Source of the DNA: an uncultured delta proteobacterium
Lineage (GTDB): Bacteria; Desulfobacterota; Desulfobacteria; Desulfobacterales; Desulfosalsimonadaceae
Assembly (NCBI GenBank): GCA_963826785.1
Contig: CAWGYD010000005.1
Location: 256,001 to 320,000 of the forward strand
Reading direction: 5' to 3'
DNA: 64,000 bases
In this document: positions 9,080-19,782 of the stretch, piece after piece
How the letters are laid out: every line of letters starts with the position of its first letter
Position numbering within the stretch: the stretch's first letter is position 1
Translations under genes and position numbers: made by a program
Notes under the pieces: generated by a model
Told to the model about the DNA's origin: nothing
The model's input: only the letters and a program-made list of their open reading frames with translations
Databases searched by the model: none

Positions 9080-11231
9080 ATGAACCATTTAAAAGACGAG
9101 AAAAGCCCCTATCTCCTCCAGCATGCGGACCAGCCCGTGGACTGGTATCCATGGGGGACGGCGGCATTCGATAAAGCATCCCGGGAAGACAAGCCCATCC
9201 TGGTTTCCATCGGATATTCCACTTGCCACTGGTGCCATGTGATGGCCCATGAATCCTTTTCGAATCCCGACATCGCCGATATCATGAACCGGCATTTCGT
9301 TTCGGTGAAGGTGGACCGGGAAGAGCGGCCGGATGTAGATACCATTTATATTACTGCCGTGTCCGCCATGACGGGCTCCGCCGGGTGGCCGCTCAACGTC
9401 TTTCTGACCCCCGACGGCAGGCCGTTTTACGGCGGGACCTACTTTCCGCCGTTTTCCCGCTCCGGAATGCCCGGGTGGCAGGATGTGCTGCGGCAGGTGG
9501 ACAAAGCCTGGCACGATCCTGCCCAGCGGGACAATATTGTCTCTTCGGCCACCGCCATCACCGACCGGCTGAAACAGTTCCTGGACGCTTCTGCGCCGTC
9601 ATCGGGCTCCGGTCTGCCCGACATCGCCATTGCGGATGCGGCGGCCAGGACCTTTTCCAATTCCTATGACGAGCGATTCGGCGGTTTTTCTCCGGCCCCC
9701 AAATTCCCGTCGCCTTCGGTTCCGCGTTTCCTGATGGCCTATTCATCCGCCAAATTGGGCGAAGGCGCCCGGCCCCTGGGAAACAAAGTGAGGGATATGG
9801 CCCTGCACACCCTGGACGCCATGGCCAGGGGCGGGATTTATGATCAACTGGGCGGCGGTTTTCACCGGTATTCCACCGACGAGCGGTGGCATGTGCCCCA
9901 TTTCGAAAAAATGCTCTACGACAACGCGCAACTGGTGCTGGCCTATCTGGAGGCCTGGCAGCTGTCCGGGAAAAACATGTTTGCCGATGTGGCCCGAAAG
10001 ACCGTTGCGTACGTGCTGCGGGACATGACCCATCCCGATGGTGCCTTCTATTCGGCCGAAGATGCTGACAGCAGCGAACCTGGCCGGCCGGATTCAAAAA
10101 AGAAGGAAGGCGCCTTCTATGTGTGGGCGGCCGATGAGATCCGGGCGCATCTCGACGCATCTTCCGCCGAAATTTTTTGTTTTTTTTATGGCGTCCGGGA
10201 TGGCGGAAACGCCGCCAATGATCCCATTCAACGAGTTTACGGGCAAAAATGTACTGTTTTGTGCCCACACCCCGGCGGAGACGGCCGAAAAATTCGGCAG
10301 AACGGAATCCGAAATCGCAACCATCATCGAAGCGGCCCGCCGGAAATTGTTTGCCCTGCGCAAAGACCGGCCCCGGCCGCACCTGGATGATAAAATTATC
10401 ACCTCCTGGAATGGACTGATGATATCGGCAATTGCCCGTGCATATACGTTGATGGGTGATCCTGCCTATCTCGCGGCGGCGCAAAAAGCGGCCGACTTCA
10501 TTCATGACCGGCTCTATAACCCGGCGACGGGCGACCTGTTCCGGCGCTGGCATTCAGGGGAATGCAAGGTGGCGGGAACATCGGAGGATTATGCCTTCTA
10601 TGTCCAGTGCCTGATCGACCTCTATGAAGCGGATTTTGACCCCGCAAACCTTCACCGGGCAAATGAGGTGAACCGCCATTTCATTGAGCGATTCTATGAC
10701 GAAGCCGACGGGGGCGTGTACCTGACCGGCGAAGATCATGACCCTCACCTGATCATGCGGGTCAAGGAATTTTCAGACAGCGTCATTCCTTCAGCCGCTT
10801 CGGTGGCCGCATTGAACATGCTGAGACTTTCTCAATTCACCGGCAATGAGCAATTTAAAAACATGGCGGAAAAAACCATTCGCCAGAGCCTGTCCCGGCA
10901 TTCCGGGCAGGGTGCCGCATCACCTTTGATGCTGGTGGCGCTGATGACCGCGCTGTCCCGCCACGTCCAGGTGATCATCTCGGGGCCGCCGGATGCCAAA
11001 GAGACCCGAAGCATGATCGGCGCCGCACGAAGTGTCCCGCACCTGGGCAAATCCATGCTGCTCATCGGCAGTTCGGAAAACAAAAAAATGCTGGCAGACC
11101 TGTTTCCGTTTATCGATTCGATTCCGGAACCCGATGGAAAGGGCTCTATGGCCTTTATCTGCCGTGATTATACCTGCGAACACCCGGTCACAGATCCGGA
11201 TTCGGTTCTGCGGCTGCTTCAGGCCATGTAA
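9080..11231 (+). CDS. YyaL/SSP411 (DUF255) thioredoxin-domain protein, frameshift near 10225
   Basis: N-half has [15 protein letters not shown] and [12 protein letters not shown]-half has RPHLDDK and WNGLMI. Two overlapping ORFs. Confidence 0.88.
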
Positions 11232-11265
11232 TGAATAACATTTGACTCAAAGAAGGAGCGTATCG

Positions 11266-11469
11266 ATGACGAAGAACTACCAGATCAAGACCGCCTGTCC
11301 CCAGTGCGGATGCAGCGCCGTATCCCACCTGAGCCAGGAGGAGATGAAACAGCGATTCGGCCAGGTTCCCAACGTGGAGATGGAATGCAGTGAATGTATG
11401 TCCAAATACCAGGCGGAAATGAAAAAGGCCTGTCCCGAGTGGGACAATGACTGCAAAGCAGGGAAGTAG
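11266..11469 (+). CDS. Small Cys-rich (zinc-ribbon-like) hypothetical protein
   Basis: CPQCGC...CSEC...C..C; RBS AAGGAG. Confidence 0.65.
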   Translation: MTKNYQIKTACPQCGCSAVSHLSQEEMKQRFGQVPNVEMECSECMSKYQAEMKKACPEWDNDCKAGK

Positions 11470-11528
11470 GAGGCGAAACACGCCCTGATGGGGCGCCATA
11501 TCAACCCGATGGAAAAGGAGGAAGAAAC

Positions 11529-11840
11529 ATGGATGTCAGAGATTACTGCAGCGGAATGGAATCGGAACTGACGGCGTGGAAGGCCAAACTGTTCGATGTG
11601 GCCGCACGGGCGGACCACCTGGGGACGGCGGAAAAAGACAAGGTGTGGTCCTATTTCAATGACATGAAGATCATCGTCCGGGAAATGGAGGACAAGATCG
11701 ACAAGCTTCGAACCGAGTGCCCCTCCGAGTGGAGTCCCCAGCGCAAGGAAATCGAGGATGCCCACGTGGATATGCGCTCAAAATACCAGGAGACCATGGA
11801 ATATATCGGAAAAGCCGCACCGGTATCGATTCCCGGATGA
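11529..11840 (+). CDS. Conserved hypothetical coiled-coil protein
   Basis: 103-aa ORF with strong RBS AAGGAGG. Confidence 0.7.
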   Translation: MDVRDYCSGMESELTAWKAKLFDVAARADHLGTAEKDKVWSYFNDMKIIVREMEDKIDKLRTECPSEWSPQRKEIEDAHVDMRSKYQETMEYIGKAAPVSIPG

Positions 11841-11894
11841 TTCGATTGCCGCAGTTCGCTTCGACAAGAGCGAGTTTGAAATGATTGTGATTTT

Positions 11895-12010
11895 AAGTCC
11901 CCCTTAGAAAAAGGGGGATTTAGGGGGATTTTGGTGCGCCGGAATCTTAAATCCCCTTTTGTCTTCGCAGGTCCGACACCCCCCTGAGCCCCCCTCAAGG
12001 GGGGAATTTT
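11895..12010. repeat. Pair of C/G-rich REP-like palindromes between convergent genes
   Basis: TCCCCCTTAGAAAAGGGGGA and ACACCCCCCTGAGCCCCCCTCAAGGGGGGAATT. Confidence 0.75.
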
Positions 12011-12042
12011 AGGGGTGTACCAGCGCCTCCAACTTGCTCAGT

Positions 12043-12753
12043 TCACGGGTCGGAGTGGTCCCGGTACAGCCGGGCAAGCCTTTCCGGCGGCACTCCGGCG
12101 AGAAACAAAATTGAAATGATCCGGTTTCGAAGGGTGCAGGAAACAATTCCTTCCTTTTCCCATCGGCGCGGGGAGGTGACGGCTGCAGAGGGCAGGATGC
12201 GGACAAAACCGCCCGCGCGCCGGATCCGGCGCATCAGGTCGACATCTTCCATGATGGGGATTTCGGAAAATCCCCCCATTTTCTTGAAGAAGGACGCCTT
12301 GATGAAGATGGCCTGGTCCCCATAGGGGATCCGGGTGATGCGGGTTCGCAGAAAGGCGGCCTTTTCGATGATCCGGAAGACCGGCTTTTTCGAATCGATT
12401 TTCAGGCCAAAGGCGCCGGCCGATGTCCCGGGCCCGGCCAGGGCGCGTTTAATTGATGGGAACGCATCTTCGGGCAGCCGGGTGTCGGCATGAAGAAAAA
12501 CCAGGATGCGGCCGGCCGCTTCTGCGGCCCCGACATTGAGCTGCCTGCCGCGTCCTTGGGGCGATACGATTTTAATGATGCCGCCTCGGGAAATGGCCTC
12601 GATGGTCGAGCCGGATCGATCCCCATCCACCACGATGACCTCGAGTTCCGTACCCGGAAGGGGAGGGGGGAGGCAGGCCAGGGTCTCATTGATCCTGCAC
12701 GCTTCGTTCAAAACCGGGATGATGATGGAAATGTCCGGGAGCGGGCGCACCAT
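12043..12753 (-). CDS. TIGR04283-type GT2 glycosyltransferase
   Basis: Motifs SIIIPVLNEA, GRGRQLNVGA, FLHADT, PYGDQ, IMEDV and TSPRRW. Confidence 0.88.
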   Translation of the reverse strand: MVRPLPDISIIIPVLNEACRINETLACLPPPLPGTELEVIVVDGDRSGSTIEAISRGGIIKIVSPQGRGRQLNVGAAEAAGRILVFLHADTRLPEDAFPSIKRALAGPGTSAGAFGLKIDSKKPVFRIIEKAAFLRTRITRIPYGDQAIFIKASFFKKMGGFSEIPIMEDVDLMRRIRRAGGFVRILPSAAVTSPRRWEKEGIVSCTLRNRIISILFLAGVPPERLARLYRDHSDP

Positions 12754-13514
12754 CAATCCTTCGTAAAAATGATGTCCCCGTAAAATGCCACCGCGGATTC
12801 TCCCGTGTTGTCCGAGTCGGTCATGATGGCCACGCCGGAGATATTCGGCGGTTCGGTGCCGAATGCCCGTTTGTAGTCCTCGTAAATGTTGCGCGTTTCG
12901 GTCACCCATTCGCCGACCCTGGAGCTGCCGGATTCGATGACGATCATCTTGACCCGGTCCGTGTACGGATTGTCCGTTATCCGGCCCTGTTCGGCCCGGC
13001 TGGCCCAGATGTAGTTTATGGCGCCGGTGGGGGGGTATTCGCCGTAAATCAGTTTTAGGGCCGAAAATTTGGCTTTTTCAAAAAACCCCACCCGGTCCGG
13101 ATCGTATGCAAAGGCGATGTAGATCCGCGCCGGGTAGTCATCCCCGGATTTCCGGGTAACATCCCCGTTTTCATAGATGTTTTCAATCTTCCAGCGCCAG
13201 GAAATGACCGGATACGCTTTCGGATCGATGGTGATCTTGCGGATCAGCCCGGAGGCCGAAGCCCGGCTGTCCGCCTTGATCACCGTGGTGCCGTCTACAC
13301 TTACCAGGCGATAGTCCGTGTGGGCGTCAATATTCTTGAAGGTCAGCGGCTTCCATTGATCCGGCAGTCCCTGTGAAGCATCGAGCGCAGAAAATTTCCC
13401 CACTTCAAGCGTTTTGTTTTCCGAGGCCGGAGACATTCCCCACGCCAGAAACAGCGTCAAAAGGGCCGCGGCCACTGCAGGGCCGGTCGAGGCAAATTTA
13501 TGAGTGATCATCAT
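12753..13514 (-). CDS. DUF3047 family exported protein
   Basis: Signal peptide; motifs SASGL, WRWK, GDDYPAR and IMTDSDNTG. Confidence 0.85.
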   Translation of the reverse strand: MMITHKFASTGPAVAAALLTLFLAWGMSPASENKTLEVGKFSALDASQGLPDQWKPLTFKNIDAHTDYRLVSVDGTTVIKADSRASASGLIRKITIDPKAYPVISWRWKIENIYENGDVTRKSGDDYPARIYIAFAYDPDRVGFFEKAKFSALKLIYGEYPPTGAINYIWASRAEQGRITDNPYTDRVKMIVIESGSSRVGEWVTETRNIYEDYKRAFGTEPPNISGVAIMTDSDNTGESAVAFYGDIIFTKD

Positions 13515-14203
13515 TTTGATTCCATCAGTTTCAATTTTTTCAAGCACTGAATGGTTTGCGGGGCATCTGCGCCCCCTCGGGTCTGATTCTCTATGAACCC
13601 GGCCAGGTCCGGCCAGTCGTCGATGTCCTGCCATACACCGAGTGCGTGGATTTTTTTGCCTGCTTTTTCAAGTATTCCACGCGTCCGGGCATAAACCGTG
13701 TCCGTGCTCCAGGGAATGCCGGTAAACACGGCGGGATAAAACGTATTTTGCTTAAACCCGATCAGGTAATACCCGCCGTCTGCTGCCGGTCCGATCACGC
13801 AGTCATGGTCATCCAGGCGGTCTGCCGCCTCTGCAAGAAAGTGGTCCGGAAGATCGGGAAAATCCGATCCCACCAGAATGGCTTTTTGAAAGCCTGCGGA
13901 AAACGTGTCGGCAAAGGCATTTAACATTTTTTCGCCCAGGTCCGGGCCGGTCTGGGGAAAATAGTCAAACCGGGAACCCAGCAGGCGCTCCATTTCGGAC
14001 CTGCTTTCGGGCGGGAAATAGCAGATCCGTGGAACCAGCCCGGCGTGCAGGATTTTTTCCAGCATGTCGGTCAGGAAGCAGGAATAGAGTGCAAGGGTTG
14101 ATTCTGCTCCGATATGCCGGGCCAGCCGGGTTTTCACCTGGCCGGGCAGGGGCGTGCGGGCAAACAGTATGACGCGTAAATTCGTATCCGGGTCCTTATT
14201 CAT
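13511..14203 (-). CDS. TIGR04282-type (DUF2064/CofC-like) transferase
   Basis: Motifs PGQVKTRL, DLGEKM, VGSDFP, GPAADGGYYLIG and DIDDWPDL. Confidence 0.88.
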   Translation of the reverse strand: MNKDPDTNLRVILFARTPLPGQVKTRLARHIGAESTLALYSCFLTDMLEKILHAGLVPRICYFPPESRSEMERLLGSRFDYFPQTGPDLGEKMLNAFADTFSAGFQKAILVGSDFPDLPDHFLAEAADRLDDHDCVIGPAADGGYYLIGFKQNTFYPAVFTGIPWSTDTVYARTRGILEKAGKKIHALGVWQDIDDWPDLAGFIENQTRGGADAPQTIQCLKKLKLMESK

Positions 14204-16362
14204 CTTTTTTTTCCGCGCCTGAACCGGTGGAATTTCTCCAGCAGGCGCAGTGCGCGCCCGGGGGCATGCGCTTTTTTCCATTCACCGGCGGCATACCGGT
14301 TGGCTTCGGCCAGCGTGGGATAAATGTGGATGGTCCCCAGAATTTTGTTCAGCCCCAGCTTGTACTTCATGGCCAGAACATATTCGTGGATCCATTCCCC
14401 GGCATGCGGCCCCACGATCGTGGCCCCGAGTATGGCATCCGATCCCTTGCGGGTGAGCACTTTTACGAACCCCTGCGCCTCGGATTCGGCAATGGCCCGG
14501 TCCAGGTCCTGCAGCCCATAGATGGTCACTTCAAAATCGATATCCTGTGCGGCGGCATCGGTTTCGTTCATGCCCACCCGGGCCACTTCCGGCTCCGTGA
14601 AAGTGGTCCAGGGGATCACCCGGTAATCGACCTTGAACTTTTTCAAACTGCCGAACAGCGAATTGACCGCCGCAAACCAGGCCTGGTAGCTTGCCGCGTG
14701 GGTGAACTGGAAGGGGCCGGCCACATCGCCTGCGCAGAAGATGGTGGGGATGCGGGTCTGCAGTCCGGCATCGGTGCGGATGGTGCCATCGCCGTTGAAT
14801 TCCACCCCGAGGGATTCCAGGCCGAAACCGGAGGAATTGGGTTTGCGCCCCACGGCCACCAGGATGTCGTCAAACTCGATCCGAACCTCCTGTCCCGCAT
14901 GATCGCAGACCAGGATTTTTCGTCCCTCCCGGATTAGAACCTGTTTGGCCTGGTGGCGGGTCAGCACCCGGATGCCGGTATCAGTAAATTTTTTTTCCAT
15001 AAATTCGGCGACATCCGGATCTTCCCGTCCCATGATCTGCGGCCCCATTTCCACCTGGGTGACCGCCGAGCCCAGGATGGCAAAAGCCTGGGCCATTTCA
15101 CATCCGATGGGGCCGCCTCCCAGCACTACCAGCCGTTCAGGCAGGTGCCGGATGGACCAAAGGCTGTCGGAAGTCAGGCAGCCGGCCTGATCGAGTCCGG
15201 GAATAGGGGGGACAAACGGCTTTGCGCCCGTGGCCACCACGATGGCCCGGGTGGTCAATACGCGGCCGTTCACCTCGACGCTGTAGGGGGAGGTGATCCT
15301 GGCCTCCCCGGTGATGCATTCCACCCCCAGACCGGAGTAGCGTTCAATGGAATCATGGGGTTCGATGGTCTTGATGATCCGGTGTACCCGTTCCATGACG
15401 TCTTTGAAGTCGAAACGGACGTCGGCGTGCGCGAATCCGAAGTCTTTTGCCCGTTTGGCGTAAGAGAGCACCCGGGCGCTTTTGATCAGCGCCTTGCTGG
15501 GCACGCACCCGGTGTTCAGGCAATCGCCGCCCATTTTTTCCTTTTCGATCAGGGCGACTTTGGATTTGACGGTGGCGGCAATGTAGGCGCTCACCAGCCC
15601 CGCGGAGCCGGCGCCGATAACCACCAGGTTGTAATCGAATTTTTTCGGCTTCTGGTATGGGGACATGGCCCGCCATCGGGTGATGCGGCGGTTGAGAAGC
15701 TTGGCAATCCAGGGGAACAGCCCCAGCAGGATAAATGCCAGGATCAGGTCGAAGGAGAGGATGTCCCCGGCGGACCGGATTTCGGCCAGCCGGGTGCCGG
15801 CATTGACATAGACCAGGGTGCCGGGGAGCATGCCGATCTGGCTGACGAGGTAAAACACGGCCGTTCGGATGGGGGTCAGCGCCATGGCCAGGTTGATGAC
15901 AAAAAAAGGGAAGACCGGCACCAGGCGCAGGGTGAACAGAAAAAATGCGCCGTCTTTTTTCACCCCTTCATTTATTTTTTCAAGCCGTTTTCCGAATTTT
16001 TGCTGAACGACATCTTTAAACAGAAACCGGGCCGCCAGAAAGGCCAGGGTCGCGCCGATGGTGCTGGCAAAGGAGACCGCCACCGTGCCTACAAGCAGCC
16101 CGAACAGTGCCCCCCCGGCCAGGGTCATGGCGGCCGCCCCGGGAAGGGAAAGGCCGGTAACGAGGATGTAGATCGCCATGTAGGCACCGATGGTCAATGC
16201 CTTATGGTCGGCGTACAGATTCCCAAGTGCCTGGCTGCTGCCCTTCAGATAATCTACGGTCAGGTACTGATCGGCACCCGAGGCAAAAAAAAGGACAACC
16301 AGAACCAGCACAACGACGATCAGACCTGCTTTCAATATGGTTTTGCGCTTCATAGCCACCAT
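14200..16362 (-). CDS. DedA/VTT membrane domain fused to a MerA/LpdA-like flavin disulfide reductase
   Basis: N-terminal TM domain with LRLVPVFPF, then GAGSAG, GGDCLNTGCVPSK, GGGPIG and HIYPT. Confidence 0.9.
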   Translation of the reverse strand: MVAMKRKTILKAGLIVVVLVLVVLFFASGADQYLTVDYLKGSSQALGNLYADHKALTIGAYMAIYILVTGLSLPGAAAMTLAGGALFGLLVGTVAVSFASTIGATLAFLAARFLFKDVVQQKFGKRLEKINEGVKKDGAFFLFTLRLVPVFPFFVINLAMALTPIRTAVFYLVSQIGMLPGTLVYVNAGTRLAEIRSAGDILSFDLILAFILLGLFPWIAKLLNRRITRWRAMSPYQKPKKFDYNLVVIGAGSAGLVSAYIAATVKSKVALIEKEKMGGDCLNTGCVPSKALIKSARVLSYAKRAKDFGFAHADVRFDFKDVMERVHRIIKTIEPHDSIERYSGLGVECITGEARITSPYSVEVNGRVLTTRAIVVATGAKPFVPPIPGLDQAGCLTSDSLWSIRHLPERLVVLGGGPIGCEMAQAFAILGSAVTQVEMGPQIMGREDPDVAEFMEKKFTDTGIRVLTRHQAKQVLIREGRKILVCDHAGQEVRIEFDDILVAVGRKPNSSGFGLESLGVEFNGDGTIRTDAGLQTRIPTIFCAGDVAGPFQFTHAASYQAWFAAVNSLFGSLKKFKVDYRVIPWTTFTEPEVARVGMNETDAAAQDIDFEVTIYGLQDLDRAIAESEAQGFVKVLTRKGSDAILGATIVGPHAGEWIHEYVLAMKYKLGLNKILGTIHIYPTLAEANRYAAGEWKKAHAPGRALRLLEKFHRFRRGKKR

Positions 16363-16548
16363 TCGGGTTTGAAAATTGAAATACTATACCAAATTTCTAA
16401 GCAGTTTCCGAATCATATTGTTCCAATGGTTATGAATAACCCCTTCCATTCGTTTTGAACGAGTTGAATGGACCGATATTTAGACTTATGTTGTAGAAAA
16501 TCGGGTTGGGTCTGCTTCTAAACCATCGTATTCGAAAAGGGGGTATTT

Positions 16549-17183
16549 ATGGAATTTCAGGATGTGGTCATGAACCGGCGTGCAGTGAATTACTTTGACC
16601 CCGAAAAAGACGTATCCGATGAACAGATCCGGCAGATGGTGGAAATGGCTGCACAGGCGCCGTCCAGCTTCAACCTTCAGCCGTGGCATTTGATTCTTCT
16701 GCGCAGCCGGGAAGATAAAATGCGGCTGCGCAAAAATGCCTGGGACCAGGCCAAGGTCAGTGAAGCGCCGGTCACCATGATTGTTCTGGCGGACATGAGC
16801 GGCTGGAAGCCGGAAAACCGGTTCTTGCAGAACGCTTTTGAAAACCTGGTGAAGGTGGGGCAGCTCAAGGAAGAGCAGAAGGACTGGTTTCTGGGCGAGT
16901 GCCGGTCGCTGTATGGAGAAACCGAGGCCCGCCAGGTGGCATTTGCCAACAAGAATACCGGGTTTTTCGCCATGAACCTGATGCTTGCGGCCAAAAGCAT
17001 GGGCATCGACACCCATCCCATGGACGGGTTCGACCTGGAAGCGGTCAAGAAGGAGTTCAAGATTCCGGCCCATTACTGGGTTCCCCTGCTGCTGGCGGTG
17101 GGGTATTTCCGCCAGGAGATGACCCTTTTCCCCGCAAATGGCGCAAGCGCTTTGATGAGATTGTCGTACGTTTTGATGGATAA
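16549..17183 (+). CDS. Nitroreductase family protein, frameshift near 17130
   Basis: RRAVNYFD, APSSFNLQPW and THPMDGFD. The likely C-terminus PRKWRKRFDEIV is in another frame. Confidence 0.85.
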
Positions 17184-17256
17184 TGATTTCTGCCTGTGCT
17201 ATAGAAATTTTTCGAAGATCCCGGGCACGATAACCTAACCGAAGGGAGGGCGCGAC

Positions 17257-17514
17257 ATGGCCGAAACCAACATTATGATTTATACCTTGAGTACCTGCAG
17301 CCACTGCAAAGCCACCAAGAAGTTCTTAAACGACTGCAATGTCGAATATGACATGGTGGATGTCGATCTGGCGGACAGCGAGGAACGCAAAGCGATCCTG
17401 GAGGATGTGAAAAAACTCAATCCGAGATGTTCATTTCCCACCATTAAAATCGGTGACAGGGTCATCGTCGGGTATAAGGAAAAAGAGATCAAGGAGGCCC
17501 TCGGACTCTCATGA
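17257..17514 (+). CDS. Glutaredoxin (NrdH-like)
   Basis: CSHC active site; SFPTI. Confidence 0.9.
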   Translation: MAETNIMIYTLSTCSHCKATKKFLNDCNVEYDMVDVDLADSEERKAILEDVKKLNPRCSFPTIKIGDRVIVGYKEKEIKEALGLS

Positions 17515-17843
17515 AAGTTGAACAGCTTTATGAACAGTTGAAGAAAATCCAGGAATCCAAGGGGTATTTTTTCAACCGGGACAAAGATCTGGTTTTCGAT
17601 CTGCTGGATTCCCTCCTTCAGAACAAGGAGCGCTACGGCTATATGAACTGCCCCTGCCGCCTTTCTTCCGGCGACCGGGAGCACGACAGGGATATCATCT
17701 GCCCCTGCGTCTACCGGGAGCCGGATGTCGAGGAATACGGCAGCTGCTATTGCGCCCTGTATGTATCCAGAAAATGGAACGAGGGCGAAATCGAACACCA
17801 GTACGTCCCCGAAAGACGGCCCCCGGAAAAATTCGATTTTTGA
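17511..17843 (+). CDS. Ferredoxin:thioredoxin reductase catalytic subunit-like protein
   Basis: CPC, CPC and CYC motifs; start overlaps the Grx stop. Confidence 0.9.
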   Translation: MKVEQLYEQLKKIQESKGYFFNRDKDLVFDLLDSLLQNKERYGYMNCPCRLSSGDREHDRDIICPCVYREPDVEEYGSCYCALYVSRKWNEGEIEHQYVPERRPPEKFDF

Positions 17844-17864
17844 TCATATTTAAAGCGATACTTT

Positions 17865-18722
17865 ATGGATTTGATTGAACCGGTCGAAAAACTGGTAGAT
17901 ATTGAAGATGCCCGGATTTCATTTCTCCATTACGGAAGCGCCGGTCCTCCGGTCATCCTGATTCATGCCACGGGTTTTCTGCCATGGCTGTGGCACCCCA
18001 TCGCCCAGGGGCTTTCCGAAAAATACCAGGTGTTTGCGCCGTATTTCTGCGATTACCGGTGTGCGGACCCGGAGGCGGGCGGACTGAGCTGGCGGTTTCT
18101 GGCCCGGGATCTGGTCTCTTTCTGCCGGGAGCTAAATATCGCCTCGCCATTCATGGTGGGCCATTCCATGGGCGGTGCGGTCATGACGATTGCCAGCGGG
18201 CGTTTCAATCTGCCTGTTCGCAAGATGGTGCTCATCGAACCGATTCTGCTGCCTCATGAACTCTACCAGGCCAAAATACGGGTGGAAGACCACCCCCTGG
18301 CCGGAAAATCCATCCGGCGCAAAAACGGGTGGTCAAATGCCGGCGAAGCCAGGGCCTACCTGAAATCAAAACCCCTGTTTGCCGCCTGGGATGAGCAGAT
18401 CCTGGACCTGTATGTCGCCCACGGGATGGTGCCGTCACCCGATGGCGGCCTCGAACTGGCCTGCCACCCCCGGCAGGAAGCCGCGCTTTTCATGGGCAGC
18501 ATGGCCTATGATCCCTGGCCGTATGTCCCCAATGTTAACTGCCCCGTTCTGGTGATGGAAGGGGAACACACCGAAAACAAGGGATTTATCGATTATCCCG
18601 GATTGGCCGGACAATTTCCCCGGGGGCATTACGTGTCCGTTGACGGCGCCGGTCACCTGATTCCCATGGAAAAGCCCCACACCGTGCTGTCCATTATCCG
18701 ATCCTTTTTTGAAGAAAAATGA
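17865..18722 (+). CDS. Alpha/beta hydrolase
   Basis: GHSMGG nucleophile elbow; GAGHLIPME. Confidence 0.9.
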   Translation: MDLIEPVEKLVDIEDARISFLHYGSAGPPVILIHATGFLPWLWHPIAQGLSEKYQVFAPYFCDYRCADPEAGGLSWRFLARDLVSFCRELNIASPFMVGHSMGGAVMTIASGRFNLPVRKMVLIEPILLPHELYQAKIRVEDHPLAGKSIRRKNGWSNAGEARAYLKSKPLFAAWDEQILDLYVAHGMVPSPDGGLELACHPRQEAALFMGSMAYDPWPYVPNVNCPVLVMEGEHTENKGFIDYPGLAGQFPRGHYVSVDGAGHLIPMEKPHTVLSIIRSFFEEK

Positions 18723-18800
18723 TCATGTCCCCGCCCCGATCGTGAACGCAGCCATTCTCATGCAGTGAAGTCGAGTTCAACGGATAAAGGGAAAACCATC

Positions 18801-19124
18801 ATGGAGCAGGTATACCTGGCATATGTTACCGCCGGCAGCAAAAGCGAGGCCGTGGCCATTGGAAACGAGCTGGTGGAACATGGGCTGGCCGCCTGCGTGA
18901 ACATTATCGACAACATGAATTCCATTTATATCTGGGACGGCGAACTTCAGTACGACAACGAGGTGGTCCTGATCGCCAAAACCACCGAAGCCCGCCTTCC
19001 CGAACTGATGGAAAGCATCAAATCCAATCACAGTTATGACTGCCCCTGCATCCTCACACTGCCGGTATCGGGCGGAAACCCGGCTTTTCTGGAATGGGTT
19101 GCAGGCCAGGTGAAAAAACCATGA
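18801..19124 (+). CDS. cutA: Divalent-cation tolerance protein CutA
   Basis: Motifs LAACVNI, SIYIW and HSYDCP. Confidence 0.9.
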   Translation: MEQVYLAYVTAGSKSEAVAIGNELVEHGLAACVNIIDNMNSIYIWDGELQYDNEVVLIAKTTEARLPELMESIKSNHSYDCPCILTLPVSGGNPAFLEWVAGQVKKP

Positions 19125-19149
19125 TGCATCCGCCCAAAGAGGAATTTCA

Positions 19150-19671
19150 ATGGAACTGACGGATCTTTTACCGCTGGAACAATGGAAGCAGCTGGAGCAG
19201 GATCTGCACGAGCGCTCGGGCCTGGATGTCAATGTCTTCAACCGCGAAGGCATCCGGATTACGGATTACAAGCAGTGGGTCAACCGGTTCTGTCCCCGGA
19301 TCAAGGCCGATGACCGGGGCCAGAGTTATATCTGTGCGGTGGCGCACATGAACATCGCGGAAATGGCCCGGCAGTCCGGAGAACCCACCGCCGAGGAATG
19401 CGATGCCGGGCTGCTGAAATTCGTGGTGCCGATTGTGGTAAATGGTGAATTTCTCGGATCCATCGGTGCGTGCGGCCTGATTCTGGAAGAGGGGGAGGTG
19501 GACTCCTTCATGGTCAATAAGACCATTGGAATGGAAGAAGATGAAATCGAGGATCTCACTTACGACATCAAGCATGTTTCCCGGGCGGAAGTGGATCAAC
19601 TGGGGGATTACATTCGGGAAAGACTAAACCATATCATCGGCGATTACGAAAATAAAAAGCAATCGTATTGA
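19150..19671 (+). CDS. Stand-alone PocR ligand-binding domain protein
   Basis: FCPRIK...ICA...ECDAGL...VPIVVNGEFLG pattern. Confidence 0.8.
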   Translation: MELTDLLPLEQWKQLEQDLHERSGLDVNVFNREGIRITDYKQWVNRFCPRIKADDRGQSYICAVAHMNIAEMARQSGEPTAEECDAGLLKFVVPIVVNGEFLGSIGACGLILEEGEVDSFMVNKTIGMEEDEIEDLTYDIKHVSRAEVDQLGDYIRERLNHIIGDYENKKQSY

Positions 19672-19782
19672 CATTTTCTCAGTCAACAGGTTAGGTTACC
19701 CGCGATACGAAGATTGGGTTGCGCTGAGATCAATTCCCGCAGCATCTACAGCAACTACATTTATGGAATTCTCCCGATCGTT

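Noticed and set aside
14953..16458. 501-aa ORF and other long antisense ORFs (e.g. 7165..8160, 22452..23510, 31030..32268, 35381..36490)
   Set aside because: Shadows of well-supported genes on the opposite strand in GC-rich DNA.
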